Shown one piece after another: positions 39,243 to 51,673 of a stretch of DNA of 64,000 nt. The notes under the pieces were generated by a model. The model had not been told where the DNA came from, did no database searches, and saw only the letters and a program-made list of their open reading frames with translations. The stretch's first letter is position 1; each line of letters begins with the position of its first letter. This DNA is from Vermamoeba vermiformis. Lineage: Eukaryota. A program made the translations under genes and the position numbers. Location of the stretch: assembly GCA_045837725.1 (NCBI GenBank), contig JBEWZL010000239.1, positions 682,001-746,000 on the forward strand, read 5' to 3'.

Positions 39243-41043
39243 CTACAGTTCGTCTCTGAAATTGGATAAATATTCTTCGTCCTTCTTATCATCCGGTTTG
39301 TTATTGTCGTTATTATCGCGCTGTTCACTATCGCTGTCAGTAGTCTTTGCAGTTATTTCTTCCTCTTTTTGTTGCTGTTGCTCGCGTTTCTCTTGAATTC
39401 TTTTGCGAATTCTCTCGCTCTGCGATTCCTCTTTGGCACTCTTTGTCTGATCATTCTCGCTCGTGCCTTGTGCTGTTGTCTGTTCAACGGGCTTAGTTTT
39501 GTCCTCGCCAGTCGTGGCTGCCTGTTTTTGATCCGCTGCAATGGGTTCCTCAAGCACGTTGTTGTGCGTGACGGCGTGCGAGTAACAAGTGATCTTTTCT
39601 GGCTGCATCAACGACTTTTTGAACTTGGGATGGCGACAGATCAGTGGCGTGTCAATGCGCACTGTGTAGCGGCACGTGGCAGGTTCCTAATGTTGCCGTG
39701 AGCGACAGTTCATAACGATTTAACACAGCCGTGCATACCTTGATCTCGGTGATGGCGCTAGTCTCACTGCCAGGCATGCAATAGAAGCGAATCTCAGCCT
39801 CGCGCGGAATATCTTGCACATCACACTGCGTGCCTTTAATGTACTTGATGGCAAAGTAGTCCTTGCCTTCCAATTCTGTGCACATTAATAGCTTGGTTGG
39901 TACCAGTCATCTAATTTGCTTGAATGCACTTACTAGGCTTTTTGCTGCTTGGCTCTTGTTTCTCCGTGGGTGCAGACTTGACTTTGAACTTCTTGACACG
40001 CACGCGCTGTTCGACTTTCTCGTCCTCGTCTCTGTCCGCAGCATCGAGCTGTGCATCAGCATCAGCGTCTTCGTCCTCTTCCAAGTCCTCAATCTTGATG
40101 CCGAGTCTCTCGAGCGTGTTCTTGAGCTCTTCTTCCATCTCTTCATCGCCCGTGTCAAACATGCCACCGCTCTTCTTGTGGCCCTGCGCGCTCAAGCTCT
40201 CGTCCTCCTCGTCGTCTTCGCTGTTCTCATCGCCCTCGTTGTGCGCGCTCAAGTCTGACAGTTGTGGCAACTCACCCACTTCAACGGGGTCGTATCCTAC
40301 ACGAGTAATCAGCACCATATTATGTGATGTATATTATAGTATTAATGCGTACCTAGCGCGAAGTTAGCGTCTTTCGGAATGTTGCCCGCTTTGTCCAAGT
40401 GAAATTGCTTCATGTGCTTGCCGTAGCAGAATTCATAAGTCCACCAGCCTTCCCACTGCATAAATCATATCAATTATAGATATTGGATTGATATAGCAAT
40501 TTAATACGTACCTTGCGCAAACAGTTGCTGAGTAAGGGAACCAAGTAAGGTTCAAATTTTTGATCCAGATCTTCGTCTTGGTTCTCATTGCTGACATCTT
40601 GATACTTGGGAATATAACAAGTATATTTTTTATGTCTCTTCAACATGTCTAATTTACTGAACTTGTCGTCAGGATAATTCTGTCCAAGCAAAAAATTAAT
40701 TATGCGAATATAAATTCCAAAATTATTAATAATTGATAGGAATACTCTATTGGTGCATAATATATCATGTAAAAATTATATTTGATATTATTCGTTTTAT
40801 CTTTTTCGTTTGTGGTAAGAACCAGATTGCCACGTCAGATCATAAAACTCGCTTTAAATCAATGCAACATACCAATAAATTAAATTTCTTGGCATCCTCT
40901 ACCCATACTATTTCATACTTAAGTGGATTTAATGACGCGTCATCCACGAGCTTTGATCCGGTGGCGGATGGGATGCTGGCCATCAATAGACCAGCGCCAA
41001 TAAATACTAAGCACGCACAATAGGTCCTCCACCGCGGGTCCAT
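39243..41043 (-). CDS. OS9: OS-9 / Yos9-like ER lectin (MRH domain)
   Basis: Signal anchor; GWWTYEFCYGKHMKQFH; YIKGTQCDV..PREAEIRFYC; EPATCRY..IDTPLICRHP; C-terminal RDEL. Confidence 0.9.
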
Positions 41044-41182
41044 TGTGAATGTACGTCGATTGTTCAAAAAAATTAGCGTTTAAAGGCCGCCTTTTTTGTT
41101 TTTGACACTAAAATTTTCCAGGGCAAACACCAGAGATCCGCGTCAAAAGGCTATTTACAATTTATTTTACGACTATAGTACA

Positions 41183-43372
41183 TTATTTATAATTGAGCTG
41201 CGACAAGAACAATTCCACATCAAGATTCTCAGGCAGTTTAGTTTCCTCCAGCTTTTGTTTTTTGTTCTGTTGCTCTGTCTCGCCCTGTTAACAAAAATAC
41301 AAACAATTAATTCCGTGTATTAACATTTAATAATATTTAAATATCAACTTACGCCTAAGGTGCTAGCAGTTCGTTTCGTGCCCAAGATCTTCCGTTTTCT
41401 TCGCTGACTCGTTTTGCTCTTGCTGTTCTCATCGCTGCTGTTGCTGTTGTGGTTGTGCACGACCGCGCTGTTGCTGTCAGTGTTCTGCACCGCATTGACC
41501 GTGTTTGAATTGTTCAAAAAGTTGCGCCACTCCGTTGACACGTGTCGCTGCACGTTCTTATCGTGATCTTCAATCTGTTGCGGCACCACAATCGTGGCAT
41601 TGGCATTGTTGTTGTGCAGGTCAGTCACGTGATTGTTGTCGCCTGACTGCGCGGTGGCGTGCACATTGTCGAGCTCTTCGTTCAGCGGTGTCAACGTTTC
41701 AGTCGACTGCAAAATGCTGTGGAAGAAGCTCGCTGTGTTCTGCGCGTGTTGATCGACCTCTTCAGTGCTCGTGTTCAACAGCGCGGCAAAATCAATCTCG
41801 TCGTTGTGCGCGTAAGTGTTGGCCTGATAGCCCTTGTCAAACGTATTGAAGTTCAACAAATTGTCCGTGCTCGTGTTCAGCCGTTCAAAGCTGTCGACGT
41901 TGTTATTGTTGCTGTGATTGGACATGATCGTGTTGTTGTTCGGATTGCTGTCCAGCGTTTGATGTGCCGCATTGACGTTGTTCGATGAGTGCGAGTCATT
42001 GCTTTGATGCGACAAGTTGAGCGTGTCCACGTGTTCTGAATGGAATAGCGGCTCGAACATTGGATCTGCCGTCAAACTATTCAAAATTTCATCGATCGCA
42101 TTTGGCGGGATCCATTCGTTTGGATCAGCAACGACAGGTTCAGGGCTCCTATAATCACTTATTATTGTCACGTACTTGAATCATACATATCTAGTACTTA
42201 CGTCAGTCGACTGTTGATCAAATCGGCGAGTTTCTGCTGCAGCGGCTGATTTTGCATCAACAATTTGAATCCGTTCTCCATGAACTCACGACTCATCTCA
42301 TCGTGCACTTGATTCGAATCTGCATCGGCTTCAAAGTTCAAGCTCTGCTTCGCTTTGGGCGAGGGCGAGTACTTTCTCGGCTTTGGTTTTCGTCGCGGCG
42401 TGGACGTGATTGGCGTGCGTGTGACAGTCTTGTTCGTGCTTGTTGGACTCAATAGCATGGCTGTGTTATCTGTAGCTGCGGCACTAGTCACATTGTTATT
42501 GTTGGTAGTTGCTGCAGACTCTTCAGCTGTTCGTGACACAGCTTGTTTTGGGCCAGGTGACTCGAGAATTTCAATCACAGGCAGCTGTGGCACGGGTCTG
42601 CTGTTCGTATTTGAAGGGCTAGTATTGTTCGCAGTGTCCATCACATTAGTGTTATTCGTGTTTTGAATGTCGTTGTTATGCACTTCCATCACTGGCTGAA
42701 TTTCAATTTGAGGTGGATCTATTTGCATCATCGTTGACGGCGTATTCATGTTCAAGCTCATTGGCGTATTTGCAATAGCAGTCATAGGGGTATTAATAGC
42801 GGGTGTATGCGCAGGAGTAGAATTTTTGTTTGGCTTATTATTAATCGGGATCGGATCGTCTGTCAGTCAACATTAATTTCCATTACATCGCGTTTGAAAT
42901 GCAAATTAATACATACCTAGATCTCGAGCTGGTCGTTGAGGCAAGAACATGTCGCGGTACATTGAGTAATCTTCGAGCAAGTCGTGTAAATTTTGCATTG
43001 TCTTTTTGGTGTGCGGATCTTGTCCAAAAGTGTTGATAAATTTTGTTTTCTTTTTCTCCTCATTTTTCAAGAATATATATTCGTTCAAGATCGAATGGAG
43101 GCTCTTGACTTTCTTGCTTGCCTGGTGAAAAATTAAAATTAATTTCACAAAAATTGATTATTGTAAATAATGGAAATGGCCACGTAATTAAATATTAATT
43201 TGCTTATAATCGTGCTTACTAATTTCATATTTTTGATGACATTTTTGGCTTCTTTTTCAAATATTTCCAAAGTCTGCTTGAACTTCTCTTCTTTTAAATA
43301 CCCTAACACAAGAAATGCAACCTCTTGACGGGTCACTACTTGCGGGTATTTTTTGTTGGGTAATGTGCCCAT
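41183..43372 (-). CDS. NPAT: NPAT-like LisH-domain nuclear protein, about 5 exons
   Basis: LisH EVAFLVLGYLKEEKFKQTLEIFEKE; SLHSILNEYIFLK; LQQKLADLIN; last exon ends KLPENLDVELFLSQLNYK*, resembling the animal NPAT C-terminus as I recall it. Confidence 0.7.
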
Positions 43373-43402
43373 CTTTTGGTCGTTTGAAAAAAATGCTGTT
43401 CG

Positions 43403-43437
43403 TTTGGCGCGCATTTTTATTTATCAAATTTTGGCGC
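43403..43437 (+). promoter_or_regulatory. Two E2F-consensus sites (TTTGGCGC) in the divergent promoter between the NPAT-like and HNH genes
   Basis: TTTGGCGC at 43403-43410 and 43430-43437, 31-65 nt upstream of the NPAT-like ATG; TTTGAA (CHR-like) at 43383-43388. Confidence 0.5.
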
Positions 43438-43565
43438 AGAAACGAACATCACTAAGCAACTAATTAAATGAATAATTATCGCGTGCATTTGAATTACAGG
43501 AATTAATTGGTCGTGTCCGACCATAGATCCGATCAAGCACCGCAGTAACTTTCTGATCTCAAAAA

Positions 43566-45097
43566 ATGTTCATAAAAGAGGTACAACCAACCGCAACCAT
43601 ATAATGTCTTTTCGCATTCGTTTGTGCAATATTCAACTGAGCTGTAATATTGCGTCGATTTTTTTTGTGATTAATTCTTCGCGTCTGGCAATTTAATTAA
43701 AATCGAGCTGATAAACAGTCATACACGAGTATTATGTTCAGCTCAACGGTGCAAAGAGAGTTGTGGTTGCCGAGAACACTCAACGGCGCAGCAGTCAAGC
43801 TGCAGATTCCAAAAGAATGGAGAGATCAAGGTGGCTCGTATCGCATATTATTGCGGTATAATAAGGAAACTTGCGATCCTATTTCAATTGCCTTCAAGAA
43901 CGATAAGTCAGGCGATGATTGGAAGCAAAATTCATATTACTTTACCAATCCAGCTTTCGCAGGTAAATTTATTTATTTGATTTTAAGTTTGCTTTGTGGT
44001 CAAAATATTCAAAACATGTTATATTTACAGTTAAAATATTAATTAAAATACCTGCAGGAACAAAATTTTTGGATGGCTTTCGTGAGTGGACGGTAGCAAT
44101 TAACGCGAATAAAAAATGGATACCAAGCAAGTCTACAGATTATTATGAAGGAAAATTACCACCGTAAGTATTACAAGAAATTTTAAACTTTAGATTCGAC
44201 AAAATATCTAAATGACGTCATTGAAAGCAAACCTGAGAAGCCAAAGACTCCAACTACTCAACGCAAGGCCACGCCTAAGAAAAATAACAATAAAGAAGCT
44301 GATGCAAATAACGCTGAACAGAAAACTAGCAACACTGAAGACGAAGATGCAGCGAAAAAGAAAGCAGAAGAGGAAGAAAAGCTTAAGGCCGAGGAGCGTA
44401 AAGCTAAGCTCGTAAGTACTATTATAAGAAGATACTCGAGTATTGGCTCGTTGTTAGGGAGATAAATCTTTTGATCTGACTTTGTGTTGTCTTAGCTCGC
44501 GAGTGTCAACGCATTAGCCGACAAATATAACCAAATTAAAGAAGAAAATAGCGCCAAAGATGATAATACACTAGCTGCGGCTTTGAAATCTATCGCGCAG
44601 CGTCAAGGTACCGCGAGATTTTGTTCGAGATTGCGTTGGATCCTCAACTCATCGTTACATGCTTAATAGGTGGACTAATTCGCGATGAATTGTTGACGTT
44701 GTACAATAACAAATGCGCTGCAAGTGGATCTGGCTCGAAGATGTTGCTCGAAGTCGCTTGGATCGAGAAACAAGTATCAGAGGAGGAAGAGGGCAGCAAT
44801 GATAAGGATAAATATTATGGTACTAATAACGCACTGATACTCACCTCTGAACTGCACTCGTTGTTCGATCTGTACCACTGGACCTTGTCAGACGAGTACG
44901 AGATCATGCTGAGCGATGCATTGCTGGACAACAGTGGTGACAATGAGGCTGATGCGCGCATTGTGGCATTGGACGGCAAGAAGATCCAATTGCCTGAAAA
45001 CAACGCTGCTTGGCCGTCGTTGGATCACATCCGACATCATCGACTTGTTGCGCTCAAGTTGAACGAGTATACTAAGACCAAAGTGCAAGCGAAATAA
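43566..45097 (+). CDS. Protein with an unknown N-terminal domain, charged linker and C-terminal HNH_2-type domain (first catalytic His replaced by Trp)
   Basis: IRDELLTLYNNKCAASG...LLEVAWI...NNALILTSELHSLFD...KKIQLP...WPSLDHIRHHR; spliced; start codon tentative. Confidence 0.7.
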
Positions 45098-45310
45098 TTG
45101 TAATATTTATTGTTGTATTAAATTAATTGTTGTGCCCGCGGAGGTAGTTGGTGCCTTTCACTGAAAAAATGTCAAGCCGATTTTTCCTTTATTTTCAGTA
45201 GTTCTTATTATATTTGACTAAAGACCACTAACTGTCGATAGTTTGTATTTATTGTAAATTAATATCATCATATTGTGTAACGTTATCGTTTGTATACTTA
45301 TTGAAGCAAG

Positions 45311-48074
45311 ATGGCCAGCGAAAATATTTCTCACACTCCTGAATACGTGGAATTAAAGTTTGGCGATGCTATTGATAAGAGAATAGCTACTTTGTCCAAA
45401 TTTGAAGGTCTTGGAGCACCAGATCTTGTCTGTAAGTTGATATTTCAAATTTTCTAAAATTACATTTAGTTTTTACGAATAAATATGATATCTGGTAAAG
45501 TGTTTCATAGTTTGCATATTATTATAAATTTTAGAAGTATTTTCTATTGCTGATTTTTCCTTCAACCTGTCAGATCTCGTAAAGGAAGCACAAACAACTT
45601 CTAGAATCTTGAACGTATTCATGAAACCTAAAAGTAAGCATACTATAAAGTTGATATATTTATTTAAATGCTAATTAACATCTTTTTCATTCATTTTAAA
45701 GCTTCTGAGGGCTCTTTTCATTGGATCCTCACCAAAATATCTTCAATGAAAGATATTACCGGCTATTGCTCCGTAAGTTTTAAATAAAACCAATATTTAA
45801 ATAGTATTCTCACCGCTTGCATTTAGACCTTATTAGAAAGTCAAGAAAAAGCCTTTGCGTTGAGTCCCACTCGCGCCACACCAACTCAATTTCAATACTG
45901 CACTTACAACGCCTTCAGAAAAGTTGATTTGCACGTCGTCATTGACTCGTTGCCAGTGGTAGCTCCGAGCAATGCACCGAACAATAACAACAATAATACC
46001 AATGATTCCAGCAAGCGCTCAACTGGCCTCGTCATCGGTGACCGTAACAAACTGCGTGCTGTGGCTTATTTCGTCGACAGCACTGGCAACTCGTAAGAAC
46101 ACACTATTATATTCATAATGATGCAAGGACAGGTAATTAAGCGTTATCTATTCAGTAAGCAGGCCCAAGACTCAGATCTGAGTGCCGAATTTTGGAATGA
46201 AATCTACGTGTCCTCAGTGTTGCGCGCACTCGACGCAGGTCCACACACCACACGCCTTGTCAAGCCCTTGAAGTTGGTCGATCCTCTCGTTCATCCACAA
46301 GACGAGCAACAGTTCCTGTCGGCTGCTGAGAAGCTCTTGAGCCACGGCAATGAACTTGGCTCTAACTTCGGCTCGTTGTTCAATCGCCTCGAGGAGATCA
46401 TTGTGCGATATTTCTCGCGTCAAAAGCGCTACGACATTGTGTTGGGATTCTTCCAAAATGGTACGTCAATACTTGTCTTGATCTCCTTTTTTGACACCTG
46501 CGTTTAGTTGTCAGCGAAGATCCCGACTACCAAGCAATCATTGCAAAGATTTATCGCAAGACTGGTCGTGCTGGCAATGCAGTCGACTTGTTGCCCAGCT
46601 ACAAGCCAGGCAATCCATTGAGCCCTGCAATTTTTGTCGAGACTGTTCGCGCGATGATTGCCGACGGACAGAACTCTGCCGCATTGGACTTGGCTCAAAT
46701 TGCTGCCGCCGCTCATCCCGAAGTGTTGAAGGTCAGATTTGCCTTGGCCCACGCACACTTGGCCAACAAGAAGTACGCTGATGTGTTGTTGACGTTGAAC
46801 GACTTGACGCTGCCCAACAACTACACCACTTTGCCCGAAGACAGGTACGAGGTATAGTCGTCGATAAGTGCAGGATTAACGTTGATAATTAATTAGAGTC
46901 GGCAAAGTTAATTTTGTTCGTGAAACCGAGCCCAAGTTGAACATTCCTCACCCTGATTTGTTGCTCGAAAAAGAATTGTTCAATTTCGACGAAGAGGAGT
47001 CCAATGTCGATATTCTGCTCAAGCGCACTGACTTGACCAAAGAAGAGAGCAAGATTTACAAGTTGTTGGTGCACATCTACCGCGAGATTGGCTTCAGACA
47101 AATGTCCGAGCTCTACGTCAAACTGTTCGCCAAGAAGTCCAAGTCATTCTTGCTCGAGAGCGTGTCACGTGCTGGTTACGTACCTCCAAAGCGTAACGAC
47201 GACGAAGAGGCCAAGATCAAATCAGACAACATGGAAAAAGTCAACCTGAATGCTAAGCCGTAAGTGTTGGATTATGGATTTATTATAACGACGTATTAAC
47301 TCGGTAATATAGCAGTGACAATGACCGTGAAGTGAGCATCTTAGTGGACGATGAAAAGGCTCTTTACAACGTCGACTTCAACGCACTGAACATCACCGAC
47401 AAGAAGCCTCTCAGCTTGGCCCTTGAAAATGCCTTCAGATATTTGCAACAAGATCACAAGTACGTGCATTATATGTTAATAGAACACGATGTTAATCCTT
47501 TAATAGGGCGTACAAGGGCTGGGTAGATCTGACCAAGGGCGAGTTTGCCGACAAAGCCGTGAAGAAATTGTTCCCAGCCGAGTTGACACGAATTGGTTTG
47601 ATCGCTCATCGTCTCGAATACCTCAAAGAGAGCGAGCATTTGTTCGCGACTTATTGCGCACAAAAGTTCTGGTCCACCACTGTTTGGCTAGAACTCGTCG
47701 CGATCTACACTGAACGCAAAGACGTCAAGTAAGTATAAGCAACCTGTTATATATAGAGCAACGTTAACTCGATGTCAGGAACGCACTTATTGCTGCCAAC
47801 CATATTCTGAATCACTTGACTCAACTTTATCAGTCCACCAAAGTAAGTTTGACTCGTGTCTGCCAAACTTCCACTTCTATTTTGCTAATTTGCACAATAG
47901 GTTCCTACAGTGATCAAGGTGCATATTTACAACTTAATCTCGTTGACCACCTCCAAGAGAGTTCGTGACGTCGTTCGTCAATTGATCGAGCAAGAAAAGC
48001 TTCCGTTGCATCCGCAGATCCAACAGTTGGTTATTGATGCAACTATGGCCAAGGTCTTCAATTCTGAAAATTAA
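45311..48074 (+). CDS. Exomer cargo adaptor, ChAPs family (Bch1/Bud7-like)
   Basis: TPEYVELKFGDAIDKR..LSKFEGLGAPDLV; GSFHWI; YCTYNAFRKVDL; FWNEIYVSSVLRAL; TPR-like helices. Confidence 0.85.
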
Positions 48075-48211
48075 CAGGAATAAAGATACTCAATTTTGTG
48101 ATCAACGTGTCGTAAAAAGCGTTTCTTTTTCTCCTTCCCATTTTTATGTCAACTCATTCAAAATACAACACAAGCAACAAATTAATAATTTTATTTAATA
48201 CAACATAAATA

Positions 48212-49775
48212 ATGGATAGAAGCAAGCGACGGCACGAGAATCATTCAGATCAACCGCAGAAAAAAGTCAAAATAAATAATAGAAATAATGACAATTTATT
48301 TCCATCGTTGGCAGAGTTACATGACGACATTTTGGACCATATTATTACCAAATTTTTAGGGGTGAGTTCCTTGCTTACCTTGGCAATGACATGCTCCAAG
48401 CTTAACAATTTAGTCAGTTCTCAATATAAGCGAATTATGCGCAGAATATTTCCTTGTCGTATGGATACAACCGAGGAAGTCAGAGATCAGATCCAATCCG
48501 AGTTGAAAAACATCGCAAAGATAGAGAAGGCTTTTAATAACAAAGTGCGAGTTATTGAGGTCGATGATGATCCTCAGCGCAATGTTCCACCAATTTTCAA
48601 ATCCTTTCCAGGGGATCCAAACAAATTGATGTGTGTTACGGCTGGAGCTGACAACAGCCTCGTGCAAATTGTAGACATGGAACAAGGCAATATTTATGCA
48701 GTCAGTATAAACTTCTCAATTCAAGATGTAGCAATGTCTTCCGATCAAAAAGTTGCTTTTCTCGGTCGGGATGGAAGAGTGCAGATCCACTCCGTCAAGA
48801 ATCCAGCGAATTGGACCAAAGTTTGTGCATTCAAAACCGAACTTCTGCGCGCTAATATTGTCTGGATGAGTAAGACGAGTCTGAGTGTAATTTAATGTCG
48901 AGTCTAATCCTCTCCTCCACAGGTTCTACTGGCCACTGGCTCATTTACCACAAGACAGTGGGCAATTATCAAATTGTTAATGAAATGGGCGAAACAATCA
49001 AAGAGGTGCAATACCAAGACAACAAGTGGCGTTTGTTCGCGATATCCGACGATGGATGTGACGCGGTTCTACTTTTATACAGGCGTAAGTGCAGCAATAG
49101 ATGATTCGTAAGTACTAACGTAGTTTATGCAGCATATAAATGTGGCACATTAAGTCGCGTTGATTTATTGACTAATGAAGCTACGTGGTTATCCGACACC
49201 GAAGACGCGGCAGATGATTTTTGCAACTTCAAATTTCTCACTGGCACTGATTGGGTGGCCGTACGAACGCTTTTAACATAGTAGCTGTATTCTAATTACG
49301 TGTTATTTAGTGGCAGAGAATGGGCACAGAGAAGTTTGCGCTGTTCATGTACAACTTGAAGACCGGTGAGCGCTACTGGACGCCAACGAGCTGCGGTCCA
49401 AGGCTATCGTACGGCGGCACAATGGTGTGCCACACAGGCGATAAATTCAAAGTCTTGAAGGTGCATGATCTCTACTCGGATGAGCGTTTCGAAATAGGTC
49501 CTTTTGATAATTGCAGGCTACATTCCGCGGAATGGACGCACCTGTTAGATGAAGACGGCAATGTGAACGAACGCATTGTAGCGACACTTAGTACTATCAA
49601 CCGTGCGATTGGTATAATCGATCCGAGCTCTGGCAAACTGTTAGCTGAAGTGTACAACGCGGGATATGACGTGCAGTGGAAGTTGTACTGCCTCTTGGCA
49701 AACGGTCGCACACTTGTATTTCACGACCAGTATGATCGACACGGCTTGTATTTCATGGTTTGGAACTTGTATTAA
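48212..49775 (+). CDS. F-box protein with a beta-propeller-like C-terminal region, 4 exons
   Basis: Basic NLS-like N-terminus; LAELHDDILDHIITKFLGVSSLLTLAMTCSKLNNLV F-box; beta-strand repeats. Confidence 0.75.
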
Positions 49776-49792
49776 ATCTATATCACATCGAT

Positions 49793-51673
49793 TTATTTAC
49801 TCGTCTTTTTGGTCTTTTTCTTCGTGTTCGTTAGTGGTCGTTTTGATTTCTTCCCTTTGTCGCTAGTTTTGTTGTCGTTGTCGCGCGCTTCTTTTTTCTT
49901 TCCGAAACCCATTTTCTTCGGGGCGCTCTTGAACAAGAGTCTAATCGGTGTGCCTGTGAAGGGATAGTGCTTGCGAATAGCGTTCTCCAAGTACCGTTCG
50001 TAGACGTCATTGATCAGATCGACATTAGTGGCGAAGATTACGAAGCACGGCACGCTCATGGAAATCTGCGTGATGTATTTGATCTTCACTTCTCGATTGC
50101 CATCGTGTGGTGCTCGTTGCAGTAATTGTGCTCGTTGCAGAATGGTGAATAATTCATTGCTGCGCACTTTAGCTTTGCGTTCTTTAGCGATCTGCACGGC
50201 CAGATCGACCAGCTCGGGAATGTTTTTGCCCGTTTTGGCTGAAGTGAACATGATGGGAATGTACGGCCAGTACTTGAAATAGCTGCTCACACCCTCTCTG
50301 TAGCTCTCTTTGGTGACTTGGCCGTTCTGTTCTGCCAAGTCCCATTTGTTGACAACAATGACAGCTGATCGATGGCGTGACACCACAAAGCTGGCAAGTT
50401 TGACATCGGCCATTGAAGGCCCGGTCAGTGCGTCAATCACGATCAACGACAGCGTACTTCTGTCGATCACTTTCAAGGCCCACAACACGCTCAACTCTTC
50501 CAATTCGTCTTCGCGCCGCTTTCTAATGCCAGCTGTGTCGATTAACGTGAGCGGTGTTCCTCGCCACGTGACGAGTTCGTCGACTGGATCGGAGGTCGTG
50601 CCTTCGACCGGTGACACGATGGCACGTTCCACGCCGAGAATTGCGTTCAACATGCTGGACTTGCCGACATTAGGCTTGCCAATGATGCTGATTTTAGTTT
50701 CCCCGGTGTTCAGACTGCTTTCTTCTTCGTCTTCGCTTGCAGGCTTTTCAAAACCAAGCTTCGGGAACAATTCTGTTATTTTGTCGAGCAGATCTATTGT
50801 GCCAAGGCCGTGTGCTGCTGACATATTCAAAGGATCGCCGAGTCCAAGACGTTCGATGCTAATGTTCGTTAGAAGAGTCATTGCATGGTTTGAGAATATA
50901 CGTACTTCATGCCGGCGACAGCTTCAAATCGATCGGGATTGTCCACCTTGTTCATGACCAAAATGACAGGTTTGCGTGCCAGGGAATTTTCTTTTTGTTC
51001 GGCATCGGTCACGCCTTGTTTGCGCAAAATTCGTGCGAGATCTTTGTCGCTTTGCACCGGATTGGCTTTGTAATCTGCGGCGAGTTAGACACGCTTTCTT
51101 AGGCGAGTAGCTGTTAATAATACGTGCCTAACATGTAAATTATGACGTCTGCTTCGGCGATGGCTGCAAGTGCTTGTGCGTGAATGTCGTGCGACCACGG
51201 GTCACTGTCACCAAACATGCCTCCAGTGTCTGCCACGATAAATCTGCGTTCTGTATTAGCGTGTCATCGCAGCATGTAACTCAATTCGACGTACTGCCAG
51301 TCGTGCCACTCGCACACACCGTACACGCGATCACGTGTCGTGCCAGGCGTGTCAGTGATCAGGGCTTTGGATTGGCCCACGAGACGATTGAACAGCGTTG
51401 ATTTGCCTACATTAGGACGACCGACAATTGCCACGAGTGGTTTGCGACTGAGAAAATATTAGCACGTGGTTCTTTAGCAGAATCAATCACCTACCCTGCC
51501 TCGGGTTTGTTGGTCTGAGTATCTGGTTCGCTGAGTACTTCGCGCCGTTGTCTCGGATGGCTGGCTAATGACTCGATATCTTTGCGCTCTAAAATCTGTT
51601 GCTGGTCAGTTTTGATGAATTCACGATCGCGGATCATACATTTTTTACTAAACGTGTTGGTGAGGGCTGCCAT
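49793..51673 (-). CDS. der: Ribosome biogenesis GTPase Der/EngA (double G domain plus KH-like), with N-terminal extension; probably mitochondrial
   Basis: G1 [34 protein letters not shown]; second domain [44 protein letters not shown]. Confidence 0.93.

Noticed and set aside
50310-50957. 215-aa plus-strand ORF
   Set aside because: Antisense to the well-supported Der/EngA CDS
49793-51673. Der/EngA as bacterial contamination or a fresh bacterial insertion
   Set aside because: It has GT-AG introns of host size and a eukaryote-type N-terminal extension
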